A stretch of DNA of 62,541 nt, counting the filler, from Diploschistes diacapsis (taxonomy: Eukaryota): assembly GCA_023645945.1 (NCBI GenBank). It is 23 parts of 23 records of this genome, joined end to end, with 100 filler letters (N's around TTAATTAATTAA, not from the genome) between each part and the next. Parts side by side here need not be neighbours in the genome. Positions count along the whole stretch, not along the records: positions 60,855 to 62,541 come from JALAIB010002725.1; 22 more parts are not named here. One strand, written 5' to 3'. Within the stretch, counting starts at the first letter, position 1, and every line of letters begins with the position of its first letter. Below the pieces are notes generated by a model, which worked only from the letters and a program-made list of their open reading frames with translations, made no database searches and was not told the DNA's origin. The translations under genes and the position numbers were made by a program. This document shows, piece by piece, positions 62,033 through 62,541 of the stretch.

Positions 62033-62089
62033 TAAAGGTCCTAACTACTTTAGATTGCAAAAATATATATCGTACGAAACAACCCGGTA

Positions 62090-62535
62090 ATTGAGAATAA
62101 ATTTCTATTATTTAAGCCATCTACGTGGACGATTATACGTTAAATAATAATTGTTAAAACCGAGATCAAGACACTTCGTACGACGAATAAGGCATTTAAC
62201 AAACGAAAAAAAAATAAAAAAACGCGCGTACGAGTTAAAAGATCATTTAACGCATTAGAAGCAATCGCATTACAGTCTTTAAAAATCGAAATTCGTATAA
62301 AAAAAACTGATATATCTAAAAATAAAGATCGTACGAAAGAAATCGGATTACGCGTACGACGTTATAATAAATATAATCAGTCCGGACATAATACGCGAAC
62401 TTACGAAATAGAATCTATAACTTCTAAGGAAGATACTGATAATTAATATAATAAATTATCGTAAGAATTGATTGCATAAATGTAGTTGCAACTCGTACGA
62501 ATCTAGAAGAGTGTCCGCTCGCTATGCATATACGT
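62090..62535 (+). mobile_element. Fot1/pogo-like transposon 3' end
   Basis: Copy of 8030-8487; ends gcatatacgt then TA. Confidence 0.75.
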
Positions 62536-62541
62536 TAAATC

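Overview
This is a filamentous ascomycete (likely Eurotiomycete) draft assembly. It holds 23 unlinked contigs joined by artificial 100-nt spacers (N44-TTAATTAATTAA-N44), so adjacency across spacers has no biological meaning. Twenty-two contigs are about 1.7 kb. Most are RIP-mutated transposon debris (Gypsy, Copia, several solo-LTR families, Tc1- and Fot1/pogo-like DNA transposons, a hAT-type MITE). The rest are fragments of host genes: DNA polymerase delta subunit 4, homocysteine S-methyltransferase, a GH45/expansin-like protein, a PTH11-like receptor and a head-to-head pseudogene pair. The exception is one 23-kb contig (10836-33812) that looks like the body of a Starship giant transposon. It carries DUF3723, a patatin-like phospholipase, a ferric-reductase-like gene, an NLR-type TPR gene and Myb/SANT-like genes. 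Between them sits an intact core of poorly characterised genes: MADS-like, chromo-like, a pseudokinase, a GPI cupredoxin and four coiled-coil proteins. No DUF3435 captain recombinase is visible. The canonical auxiliary genes at both ends carry RIP-type stops while the central core is intact. All family calls come from motif recognition by eye, not from database searches.
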